In this document: in pieces, positions 1 through 6,704 of the stretch
Position numbering within the stretch: the first letter of the stretch is position 1
How the letters are laid out: the number at the start of each line of letters is the position of its first letter
Source: an archaeon
Lineage (GTDB): Archaea > Iainarchaeota > Iainarchaeia > Iainarchaeales > Iainarchaeaceae
DNA: 11,196 bases
Reading direction: 5' to 3'
Assembly (NCBI GenBank): GCA_035289485.1
Contig: DATDXA010000008.1
Coordinates: 1-11,196, forward strand
The notes under the pieces: generated by a model
What the model saw: only the letters and a program-made list of their open reading frames with translations
Databases searched by the model: none
What the model was told of the DNA's origin: nothing
Program-made: the position numbers and the translations under genes

Positions 1-588
1 CTCTTCCTTTGCGCCCTTTTTCTTGGAAACTTTCTTTGCCGTTCCCTTCGGTGCATTGATTTCGCGAATCATCTTCGCAGCCTTGCGAAGTCCTTTCTTT
101 AGAAGCTCCTCATTTTTAGCGCCCGCGCAAATAAGCTTCCCGTTTTTGAACAAGAGAAGCGTTAGCTTTGGGTCGTGAATTCTAAGAATCGCACCAGGGA
201 ACTGCTCTGGTTCGTACTCAACGTTATCTGATTCCATTGCAGTCTTGAACAAATCAAGAGTCATCTTAAGGTTTGCAGTTGTTACAAGGTTGACAACCGT
301 GTAATCAGCGTTCTTCTGGACCTTCACGCTCTTTTGTATTTCGTGAATCATCTTCGATGCCTTATATATCGCCATCGGTATTTGCGATTCAGAGCTCGCT
401 CCTGAGCAGATGACTTTTCCGTTCTTGAAAAGAAGCATTGAAACTTTCGGCTCTTTAAGTTTTAATATCGCTCCCGGAAACTGTTCGGGCTCGTATTCGA
501 CATTAGGAATGGAGATTGCAAGATTGTAAAGGTCTATTGTGGTATTGAGATTGGCCGATGCCACGATGTTGACGATTGTATACTGCAT
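1..588 (-). CDS. tbp: TATA-box-binding protein (3' end truncated by window edge)
   Basis: Manual translation from ATG at 588: MQYTIVNIVASANL...VEYEPEQFPGAILKLKEPKVSMLLFKNGKVICSGA...VVNLVTTANL...VEYEPEQFPGAILRIHDPKLTLLLFKNGKLICAGAK. These are the two direct TBP repeats with YEPEQFPG signatures. The frame is open for 196 codons to position 1. Confidence 0.97.
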   Translation of the reverse strand, partial: MQYTIVNIVASANLNTTIDLYNLAISIPNVEYEPEQFPGAILKLKEPKVSMLLFKNGKVICSGASSESQIPMAIYKASKMIHEIQKSVKVQKNADYTVVNLVTTANLKMTLDLFKTAMESDNVEYEPEQFPGAILRIHDPKLTLLLFKNGKLICAGAKNEELLKKGLRKAAKMIREINAPKGTAKKVSKKKGAKEE

Positions 589-616
589 TTTTTCAAACCC
601 CCGAAATGAGAACTGG

Positions 617-626
617 TTATATATAA
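617..626 (-). promoter_or_regulatory. Probable TATA box of tbp (palindromic TTATATATAA)
   Basis: TTATATATAA lies 29-38 nt upstream of the tbp ATG and matches the archaeal TATA consensus. Confidence 0.6.
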
Positions 627-628
627 GC

Positions 629-648
629 CCTTTAAAAACCTTTAAAAA
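629..648. repeat. Tandem 10-bp direct repeat CCTTTAAAAA x2 (TATA-like)
   Basis: CCTTTAAAAA at 629-638 and 639-648, followed by the related CCCTTTTTAAA at 651-661. Confidence 0.85.
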
Positions 649-750
649 CCCCCTTTTTAAATCCAAGAAACGCCTTATATTGCCAAAATTCGGTTATTTG
701 CCGTGTAATTGGCTTTTGGGCGGCGCCTCTGAGTGCCTTTCAGTGTAGTA

Positions 751-758
751 TTTTAAAC
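751..758 (+). promoter_or_regulatory. Candidate TATA box for the rpl21e operon
   Basis: TTTTAAAC about 55 nt upstream of ATG 811, which would give a short leader containing the SD-like GTGAT (802-806). Confidence 0.35.
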
Positions 759-810
759 GTTTCCCATTGCAATTGGTAATAGTTCTATTTTCATTTGGTT
801 AGTGATTACC

Positions 811-1170
811 ATGGCAAACAAGGCAGCAAAAGGATGGAGAGCAAAAACCCGCCACAAGATTAGCGGCAAGGGCTCTAAAGTTACCGTAAACCAGCTTCTT
901 AAGGAAATTCCAGTGGGCTCTAAAGTTGACATAAAAATAAAGGGTTCCATGCAGAACAATGGAATGCCTTTTCGCAGATACCACGGCATGACAGGAACGG
1001 TTGTTGGAAAGCAGGGAACCGCATTCAAGATAGCGCTCTACAATGGCAACCAGCCAGTTGAGCTTTTGATAGGGCCGGCACACCTCACAGTTTCAAAAGG
1101 CTCAGGCCCAGTTGAATCCGCTGTGCATGTTCATGCTCACAAAAAAGCCGAAGAGAAGGTGGCCGCATGA
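811..1170 (+). CDS. rpl21e: 50S ribosomal protein L21e
   Basis: KGWRAKTRHK, GSKVDIKI, GMPFRRYHGMTGTVVGKQG and PAHL match the L21e pattern, and it precedes rpoF as is typical in archaea. ATG 811 is preferred over GTG 802 because GTGAT at 802-806 looks like the SD. Confidence 0.95.
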   Translation: MANKAAKGWRAKTRHKISGKGSKVTVNQLLKEIPVGSKVDIKIKGSMQNNGMPFRRYHGMTGTVVGKQGTAFKIALYNGNQPVELLIGPAHLTVSKGSGPVESAVHVHAHKKAEEKVAA

Positions 1171-1505
1171 TTGGAAAGAAAGTAATCTCATCGCAGAACT
1201 CGCCGCTATTCGAAGTTAAAGAAGTCCTCTCAGAGCGCAACAAGGACGGCGAACTCACCTACGAGCAGCAGCACGCACTTGATTATTCAAAAAAATTCAC
1301 CAAGGTCACGCCTGCAAAGGGCGAAAAGCTACTTAAGGAACTTCGCGAAATAGAAGGCCTTGATGAGGACTTCATAACCAAGGCAATCGACATATTGCCA
1401 ATCGACATGGAGACTGCCCGCCTGATTTCATACAAGGGCAGCGCAATAACAGACGACAAAATAAAGCAGGTCGTAGAACTAACCTCCAAATACGCAAAAA
1501 TTTAA
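1167..1505 (+). CDS. rpoF: DNA-directed RNA polymerase subunit F (Rpo4)
   Basis: MIGKKVIS...EVKEVLSER...ELTYEQQHALDYSKKF...KAIDILP is typical of RpoF/Rpb4. ATGA overlap with rpl21e and conserved synteny. Confidence 0.93.
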   Translation: MIGKKVISSQNSPLFEVKEVLSERNKDGELTYEQQHALDYSKKFTKVTPAKGEKLLKELREIEGLDEDFITKAIDILPIDMETARLISYKGSAITDDKIKQVVELTSKYAKI

Positions 1506-1526
1506 TTCTTAAGGGAGGGTCCAGCC

Positions 1527-2105
1527 ATGAAGGTCGAAGAAAAAGCACTAGTCCTTGATTTCCTGCCCCGCGGCCGCAGCTCGGATTACAAGACAGAGCC
1601 GCTTGCACAGCTTCTGGGCAAGGAATTTTTCACGCTTCTTGAAGTGGTTGCACGCGCAGGCATTGAGCTAAAATCCCTTGATGAAGTATATGTCGGAAAG
1701 GACGATAGGCCCGCAATCGATTACATAAAGCGAAGGATTGCGCACAAGGACCTTACGAACAATTCCCTTAACGAACTTGACAGGGCAATAGAAAAAATCA
1801 TTGCGGAGAACGAGGCGCGCTTTGTCGAGTTTTACAACACCTCACGAAGCATCACAATAAAGAGGCACCAGCTAGAGCTTCTTTCGGGAATGGGCAAAAA
1901 GCACATGCTGCAGGTGCTCGCAGAGCGCGAGAAGAAACCCTTCGCCTCATTTAAGGATTTGCGCGAAAGGGTTAGCGGGCTTCCGGACCCTGTAAAATCC
2001 ATAGTTGGCAGAATAATTGAAGAGCTTGAAACCGATGATGGAAAGCACTACATATTCGTTCGCCCGCCCTCAAAGGAGAGGGAGTTCAGGCCGAGAAGGT
2101 TCTGA
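1527..2105 (+). CDS. DUF655 family putative RNA-binding protein (COG1491-like)
   Basis: EEKALVLDFLPRG, AQLLGKEFFTLLE, RFVEFYN...ITIKRHQLELLSGMGKK and KPFASFKDLRERV. Conserved position between rpoF and ksgA. SD GGAGGG at 1514-1519. Confidence 0.92.
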   Translation: MKVEEKALVLDFLPRGRSSDYKTEPLAQLLGKEFFTLLEVVARAGIELKSLDEVYVGKDDRPAIDYIKRRIAHKDLTNNSLNELDRAIEKIIAENEARFVEFYNTSRSITIKRHQLELLSGMGKKHMLQVLAEREKKPFASFKDLRERVSGLPDPVKSIVGRIIEELETDDGKHYIFVRPPSKEREFRPRRF

Positions 2106-2166
2106 ACTTATGTGCAAGTGCAAAAACGGCGCATTTCCATTTGCCAAATCCAACATGTGACTGCTT

Positions 2167-2994
2167 ATGACACTTCTCTTTGAGCTGCAGGGCCTGATGT
2201 TTGAGCACCGGTTCAGGCCAAACCACGCAATGGGGCAGAACTTTATCATCAGCGAATCGCTTCTGAACCGGATGATAGAGGTCGCTGAGCTGAAAAAAAC
2301 CGACATCGTTCTTGAAATCGGCTGCGGCACAGGTTTTCTCACGCGCAAGCTTTTGGAGCACTGCAAGGTCGTGGGCTTTGAGAAGGATGAAAAAATGGTT
2401 GAAATTCTAAAGAAAAATTTCGGCGAAAACAAAAACTTCACGCTCATTGAAGAAGATTTTCTTTCATCAAAGCCGCCCAAGTTCAACAAAATTGTTTCGC
2501 TTCCGCCCTATGGCATCTCAACCGACCTTGCAATAAGCGTCTTCCATCACGCCCCGCAAAAGGCGGTTCTAGTGCTGCAAAAAGAATTCGTAGAAAAGCT
2601 CACAGCAGAGCCCGGGTTTTGGGACTACAATTATGTTTCCGTTCTCACTTCTCTTCGCTACACCCCTTCAACTCCTATAAGAAATCTGCAGCCGCGGTGC
2701 TTTTACCCATCTCCAGATTCATTCTCCTCGCTTGTGGTTCTTGATGCCAAAAAAAAGCAGCCAAAAATTAAGAACGAAGACGATTTTGTGTACTTTCTCA
2801 AAACAGTTTTCCGATACAAGAACAAGAACCTCTCAAACGCGATAAGAAATGCCGTTCCAGACATTGCAAAGCGCATGAAAATACACAAAGAAAAGGCGCT
2901 TGAAACCGTTCTCACAAGCGGCCTAGCTGAGGACAAGGTGAGCGTAATAGAGCCTGAAATATTTGCGGAAATCTTCACGAGAATTTCTCAATAA
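2167..2994 (+). CDS. rsmA: 16S rRNA m6,6A dimethyltransferase KsgA/Dim1 family (divergent motif IV)
   Basis: GQNFII, the SAM-binding VLEIGCGTGFLT, LQKEF and FYPSP, plus synteny after DUF655. Motif IV reads VSLPPY instead of NLPY. Confidence 0.9.
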   Translation: MTLLFELQGLMFEHRFRPNHAMGQNFIISESLLNRMIEVAELKKTDIVLEIGCGTGFLTRKLLEHCKVVGFEKDEKMVEILKKNFGENKNFTLIEEDFLSSKPPKFNKIVSLPPYGISTDLAISVFHHAPQKAVLVLQKEFVEKLTAEPGFWDYNYVSVLTSLRYTPSTPIRNLQPRCFYPSPDSFSSLVVLDAKKKQPKIKNEDDFVYFLKTVFRYKNKNLSNAIRNAVPDIAKRMKIHKEKALETVLTSGLAEDKVSVIEPEIFAEIFTRISQ

Positions 2995-4504
2995 TAATTT
3001 TGCCAAATTCCACAACCTGGCGCTCCATTGCTATTGCATATGCCGCAGATAGCTTCTCTTCGTTTTCTGCAAAAATCTCATAAAGAAGCTGCCCCTTGCT
3101 CGCTTTCGAACCAGGTTCGACATTTAGCATAACTCCCGCCTTGGGGTTTGCAGGCGCGCCTGCAGTGCGCGCGATTTTATTCAGCAAGCCCACATTGATG
3201 ATGCTTATTACCCCGGTCTGAGACGCAAAAACCTGCCTTTTGAACTGCGCTGGCGTGATTTGCTCTGAAGAAGTAATTTTCCCATCCTGCGCCCTTATGA
3301 TTTCCTTCATCTTTTCAAGCGCTTTTCCGGATTTCAAAAGCCAGTAGGCCTTGTCAAATCCCTTTCCTTTTGGAACATCCCCAACAAGCTCAAGAAGCGC
3401 CCCGGAAAGTTCAATTGATTTTTGCGCGAGATTGTCAAAGAATTTTCCCTCAAGCACCTGCAGCGCGTACTTGGCCTCTAGCGCCGGGCCAAATGCCCTG
3501 CCGCTTGGCTCCGAGCCGTTAGTGAGTAGCACCTCTACTTTGATTCCGAGCTTTTTCCCGACTTCAACAAACTTTAGCGCCATCCCCTCTGCAACTTCGC
3601 GAGATTTTATCTTCACAAATGACCCGACCGGAATATCAATTACGACAAACTTTGCCCCCACGCTCGCCTTCTTTGCCATTACGCTTGCAATGACCTGCCC
3701 TTCCGGGTCAAGCGAGAGCGGGTGCTCGATTTTGATTATCTTATCATCTGCGGGAGCGAGTTCGACCGCGCCGCCCCACACAATGCACGCATTCGTTTTC
3801 TGCACAACTTCCCTAATCCTATCAAGCGAGAGCGAAACATCCGCAAGCACTTCCATTGCATCCGCGGTTCCAGATGATGATGTAATCGCGCGTGAAGAGG
3901 TTTTTGGCATCAGATACCCAGCCGCAGCAATTATGGGGACAATAACCATTGTCGCCCTCCCATTTGTGCCGCCAACCGAGTGCTTGTCAACAACAATGCT
4001 TTTGGAGAACTCGATTTTTTTCCCGTTTTCTATCAGTGCCTTTGTCATGGAAACGGTTTCGTCAAGGTCAAGCCCTCTCATGTACACCGCAGATACAAAT
4101 GCAGCGGATTCAATTTCGCTCAGGCTGTTTGAAGCGATGTCCTCTACAATCTGCTTTATTTCCTCCGGGAACAGCTTTATTCCATCCATTTTTTTCTTTA
4201 TGAATTCAATGCTCTTGGGCTTTGCCGATGCCCTTGCCGTAATCATGTCGCCTTTTTTGACACCTAAAAGCGTGCACACTTCCTTGAAAAGCCCGACTTC
4301 GTCCTCGCGCACAATAGAATCTGTGATATCCACAACAACATTTACGGAACTTTTGTTCGAGGGGTTTGTGATTTGCGCGCGGTCCATTGGGAAAAGCCCG
4401 AGCTCGCGCGCATCCTTCTCGTGAAATATTGCGATAAGTTTTCCTGCCGCAAGGTCAACTTCTGCTACCCGCAGTTCCTGGCTGTACCCGTTTGAATTTG
4501 GCAT
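2975..4504 (-). CDS. AMP phosphorylase (archaeal thymidine phosphorylase family, NMP phosphorylase)
   Basis: 509 aa with the N-terminal extra domain of the archaeal type, DKHSVGG, PKTSSRAITSSSGTADAMEVLA, WGGAVELAPADDKIIKIEHPLSLDP, ASVMAKK and GPALEA. Overlaps the ksgA 3' end convergently by 20 nt. Confidence 0.93.
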   Translation of the reverse strand: MPNSNGYSQELRVAEVDLAAGKLIAIFHEKDARELGLFPMDRAQITNPSNKSSVNVVVDITDSIVREDEVGLFKEVCTLLGVKKGDMITARASAKPKSIEFIKKKMDGIKLFPEEIKQIVEDIASNSLSEIESAAFVSAVYMRGLDLDETVSMTKALIENGKKIEFSKSIVVDKHSVGGTNGRATMVIVPIIAAAGYLMPKTSSRAITSSSGTADAMEVLADVSLSLDRIREVVQKTNACIVWGGAVELAPADDKIIKIEHPLSLDPEGQVIASVMAKKASVGAKFVVIDIPVGSFVKIKSREVAEGMALKFVEVGKKLGIKVEVLLTNGSEPSGRAFGPALEAKYALQVLEGKFFDNLAQKSIELSGALLELVGDVPKGKGFDKAYWLLKSGKALEKMKEIIRAQDGKITSSEQITPAQFKRQVFASQTGVISIINVGLLNKIARTAGAPANPKAGVMLNVEPGSKASKGQLLYEIFAENEEKLSAAYAIAMERQVVEFGKIIIEKFS

Positions 4505-4526
4505 TGTAAGGAATAACCCGCCCGAC

Positions 4527-4534
4527 TTTTTAAA
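4527..4534 (-). promoter_or_regulatory. Candidate TATA box for a leaderless AMP phosphorylase transcript
   Basis: Minus-strand TTTAAAAA 23-30 nt upstream of ATG 4504, the spacing expected for a leaderless archaeal mRNA. Confidence 0.5.
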
Positions 4535-5275
4535 TCATTCCCTGATGCTAAGCGACATCGCCCACTCCATTGCGGCAAGCGAAAAAATCAGCGCCATTTC
4601 CTCTTTTCCAAGACGCCTCTCAGCCTTCTGGAAAAGCGGCTCCTCCTCATCTGGCCATTTCCTAAATGTTATTGTGCACGCGGCCCTCTCCGCAATTGTA
4701 ACCTTCTGGCTTACTGAAAAGTTCTGCCTTCTTGCAAAGAGCGGCAGCCCCAGCACGTCCGCACCGGTGATTTTGAGCCCGCTCTTCTCAAAGCCCCCGA
4801 TTTTTTTCCCCGCGGCATTGGAAATTGAATTGTCCAGAAAATTCACGCTGCCCGCTTCGCTCCCGCCGAGTTTTACTTTCATATCGCCTTTTGAGAGCTT
4901 TGCAAGTATTGCGCCAGATCCTCCGGAAAATTTCCCGAGAAAGAACCCTTCGGTTTCTGAAATGTCAACAAGCCTGCTAAGCTTTGTGAAATTTTTAATT
5001 TCGCCCTCGCAGTATGCGAGCACCGGTTTTGAGGCTCCAATTTTTCGGAACTCGAGCTGGAATTTTTTTGCAAAAAGCCCGCGCGAAAAATAATCCACAT
5101 CCGAGCTTACCAAATCAAATCCTGAGAAAAAATCCTCTTTCGAAACAGTTGATGCAAGCGGCCTTGTGCTTCTTTCGCGCGCAAGGTTGTGGAAAAGCAC
5201 AATCATCAGTATGCCGATTGTGAATGTTACAAGCGCGCCAAAAATAGTGAGTATTTCCTGAACGAACTCTGCCAT
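4535..5275 (-). CDS. Hypothetical protein with an N-terminal transmembrane anchor
   Basis: 246-aa ORF that fills the gap and is co-oriented with its neighbours. Hydrophobic ILTIFGALVTFTIGILMIVLF is followed by basic residues, a beta-rich Gly/Lys body and a hydrophobic C-terminal helix. AT-rich promoter-like upstream region. Confidence 0.8.
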   Translation of the reverse strand: MAEFVQEILTIFGALVTFTIGILMIVLFHNLARERSTRPLASTVSKEDFFSGFDLVSSDVDYFSRGLFAKKFQLEFRKIGASKPVLAYCEGEIKNFTKLSRLVDISETEGFFLGKFSGGSGAILAKLSKGDMKVKLGGSEAGSVNFLDNSISNAAGKKIGGFEKSGLKITGADVLGLPLFARRQNFSVSQKVTIAERAACTITFRKWPDEEEPLFQKAERRLGKEEMALIFSLAAMEWAMSLSIRE

Positions 5276-5276
5276 G

Positions 5277-5305
5277 GTTATATTGTTTTTATTAGTGTTA
5301 TATTA
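5277..5305 (-). promoter_or_regulatory. AT-rich promoter region of the hypothetical gene
   Basis: Minus-strand TAATATAA (5298-5305) at -23 to -30 from ATG 5275, AATAAAAAC (5285-5293), and direct repeat GTTATATT at 5277-5284 and 5297-5304. Confidence 0.5.
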
Positions 5306-5374
5306 TCCTATCGCGCGCGGCATTTTGGTTCATGTGCCGATTTTTGGCGGCATGCAGGCCTTGCCTTTTTTGCA

Positions 5375-6085
5375 TCATAAAAGAAGCTGCGCGCACTGCT
5401 CAATTGCGGCCTTTTTCATGTTCTTAGACTCGTAAATCGCCCTTCCAACAATCGCATGCCACTTTTCCCCTGCTGCCTTGGCGGATTCGGAAATCTCCCC
5501 GCCCTGTGAAATCAGTCCGGGGGAGTAAAGAACCGGAGCCACGCCAAATGATTCTATATGCTTTTTGTATTTTGATATTTTTTCGGGCTTGTTTCCCGGC
5601 ACAACAAAATCGCGAACTCCCGCCTGCGCCGCAATTTCGTACATGCGCATTGGGGCGCTATCTTCCAAAAACCCGCCATCGGATTTCAAATATGATTCGT
5701 GAGTCATCTCTCCGCCAACAATTACCCCAAGCCCCGCCTTTTGGCACTGCTTAATCCACTCCTTCTCAGTTACCGGCCCTGCCTGAGGGAAAAGAATTAC
5801 CGCATCAATTCCTGCTTCAAAGCACACCTGCGCGAATTTCTCTCCGGTGAAAGGGACATCCGTTGCCGCCTTTTGGTGATCATAAATTATAGGCCTCATT
5901 GTGTACTTGCGCGCCGTGTTCACAACCTGCGGCAGGCCGTATTTGAGCCCTAGTTCAAAGCCGACTTTGTATCCTCCAATGCCCTTCACCGAGTCAACCG
6001 CCTTTACAAGGCTTGCAAAATCTGACAGCTCATCCATATCGCAGGCAGGAATTACGCTTCGCTTGAATGGGATTATGTCTTTCAT
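5375..6085 (-). CDS. pyrF: Orotidine 5'-phosphate decarboxylase (divergent active-site spacing)
   Basis: VIPACD, GYKVG, YDHQKAATDVPFT, SPGLISQGG and IVGRAIY, directly downstream of pyrE. Start set at ATG 6085 (MKDIIP), just after the pyrE stop and preceded by GGAGG. Confidence 0.87.
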   Translation of the reverse strand: MKDIIPFKRSVIPACDMDELSDFASLVKAVDSVKGIGGYKVGFELGLKYGLPQVVNTARKYTMRPIIYDHQKAATDVPFTGEKFAQVCFEAGIDAVILFPQAGPVTEKEWIKQCQKAGLGVIVGGEMTHESYLKSDGGFLEDSAPMRMYEIAAQAGVRDFVVPGNKPEKISKYKKHIESFGVAPVLYSPGLISQGGEISESAKAAGEKWHAIVGRAIYESKNMKKAAIEQCAQLLL

Positions 6086-6086
6086 T

Positions 6087-6704
6087 CTATGCGCCTCCCT
6101 GCCATTTCTCCGGATTTTCAAAATATCTTTTTGCATTCTCGTAATGCGCATCGTCGAGTTTTTTGTGCGCGTGCAATATCTCCAAAATTTCCCTTGCAGT
6201 GAAAACGGAATGCAATTTCAGGCTCTGCTTTGCAAGCTCTTCTTTCCCTCCCTGCTCCCTGTCAATCAGCACAAGAATGTCATTGACCTTGAGGCCCACT
6301 TTTTCAAGCGGCGCTATGGCCTCGAATTTGCTCGCTCCGGTTGTTATAAGATCATCAATTACAAGCGCTGTTTCCCCCGAAGAAAATTTCCCCTCTACCG
6401 CCGCCTTTGTTCCGTAGTCCTTCGCCTCTTTGCGCGGGAACACCATCCTGTAGCCTTTCTCAAGGCTTAGCGCAGTGGATATTGCAATCGCCGCAAACGG
6501 TATCCCTGCAATCACGTCGAATTTGAGAGGCTCTGCTTTCTTTGCAAGCTCCTTTGCAACCAGCCTGAGAGTTTTCGGGAATGAAATCAGCACGCGCAAA
6601 TCGAGGTATATCGGGCTCCTGAGCCCTGATTTTAATGTGAAAAGCCCGAACTTGACCGCGCCTATTTCCTGAAGCGAAATTGCAAGCTCTTCGCGGCTAT
6701 CCAT
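6087..6704 (-). CDS. pyrE: Orotate phosphoribosyltransferase
   Basis: GAVKFGLFTLKSGLRSPIYLDLR, the RKEAKDYGT loop, the PRPP motif VIDDLITTGASK and LIDREQGG. ATG 6704 lies 8 nt from a GGTGG SD; ATG 6710 is the alternative start. Confidence 0.96.
   Translation of the reverse strand: MDSREELAISLQEIGAVKFGLFTLKSGLRSPIYLDLRVLISFPKTLRLVAKELAKKAEPLKFDVIAGIPFAAIAISTALSLEKGYRMVFPRKEAKDYGTKAAVEGKFSSGETALVIDDLITTGASKFEAIAPLEKVGLKVNDILVLIDREQGGKEELAKQSLKLHSVFTAREILEILHAHKKLDDAHYENAKRYFENPEKWQGGA

Noticed and set aside
539..748. 69-aa plus-strand ORF
   Set aside because: Overlaps the tbp start and runs through the promoter region; no recognisable features.
662..780. Possible tRNA/ncRNA in the tbp-rpl21e intergenic region (weak hairpin 682-713, near-palindrome 764-776)
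   Set aside because: No cloverleaf, T-loop or C/D box signature, and the pairing is too imperfect to support a call.
2110..2160. 16-aa ORF MCKCKNGAFPFAKSNM between DUF655 and ksgA
   Set aside because: Very short with no SD; its GTGA end is adequately explained as the ksgA ribosome-binding site.
3351..4424. 357-aa plus-strand ORF
   Set aside because: Antisense shadow of AMP phosphorylase; Ser/Thr/Phe-rich with no recognisable motifs.
4545..5093. 182-aa plus-strand ORF
   Set aside because: Antisense to the better-supported 246-aa ORF, which has a TM anchor, a promoter-like upstream region and co-orientation with its neighbours.
6086..6151. 22-aa N-terminal extension of PyrF given in the ORF track
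   Set aside because: Lies within pyrE; ATG 6085 has a GGAGG SD and gives the normal length.
5375..6704. Possible pyrE-pyrF fusion (UMP synthase) or frameshift
   Set aside because: pyrE has a clean TAG and pyrF has its own SD and ATG in a different frame.
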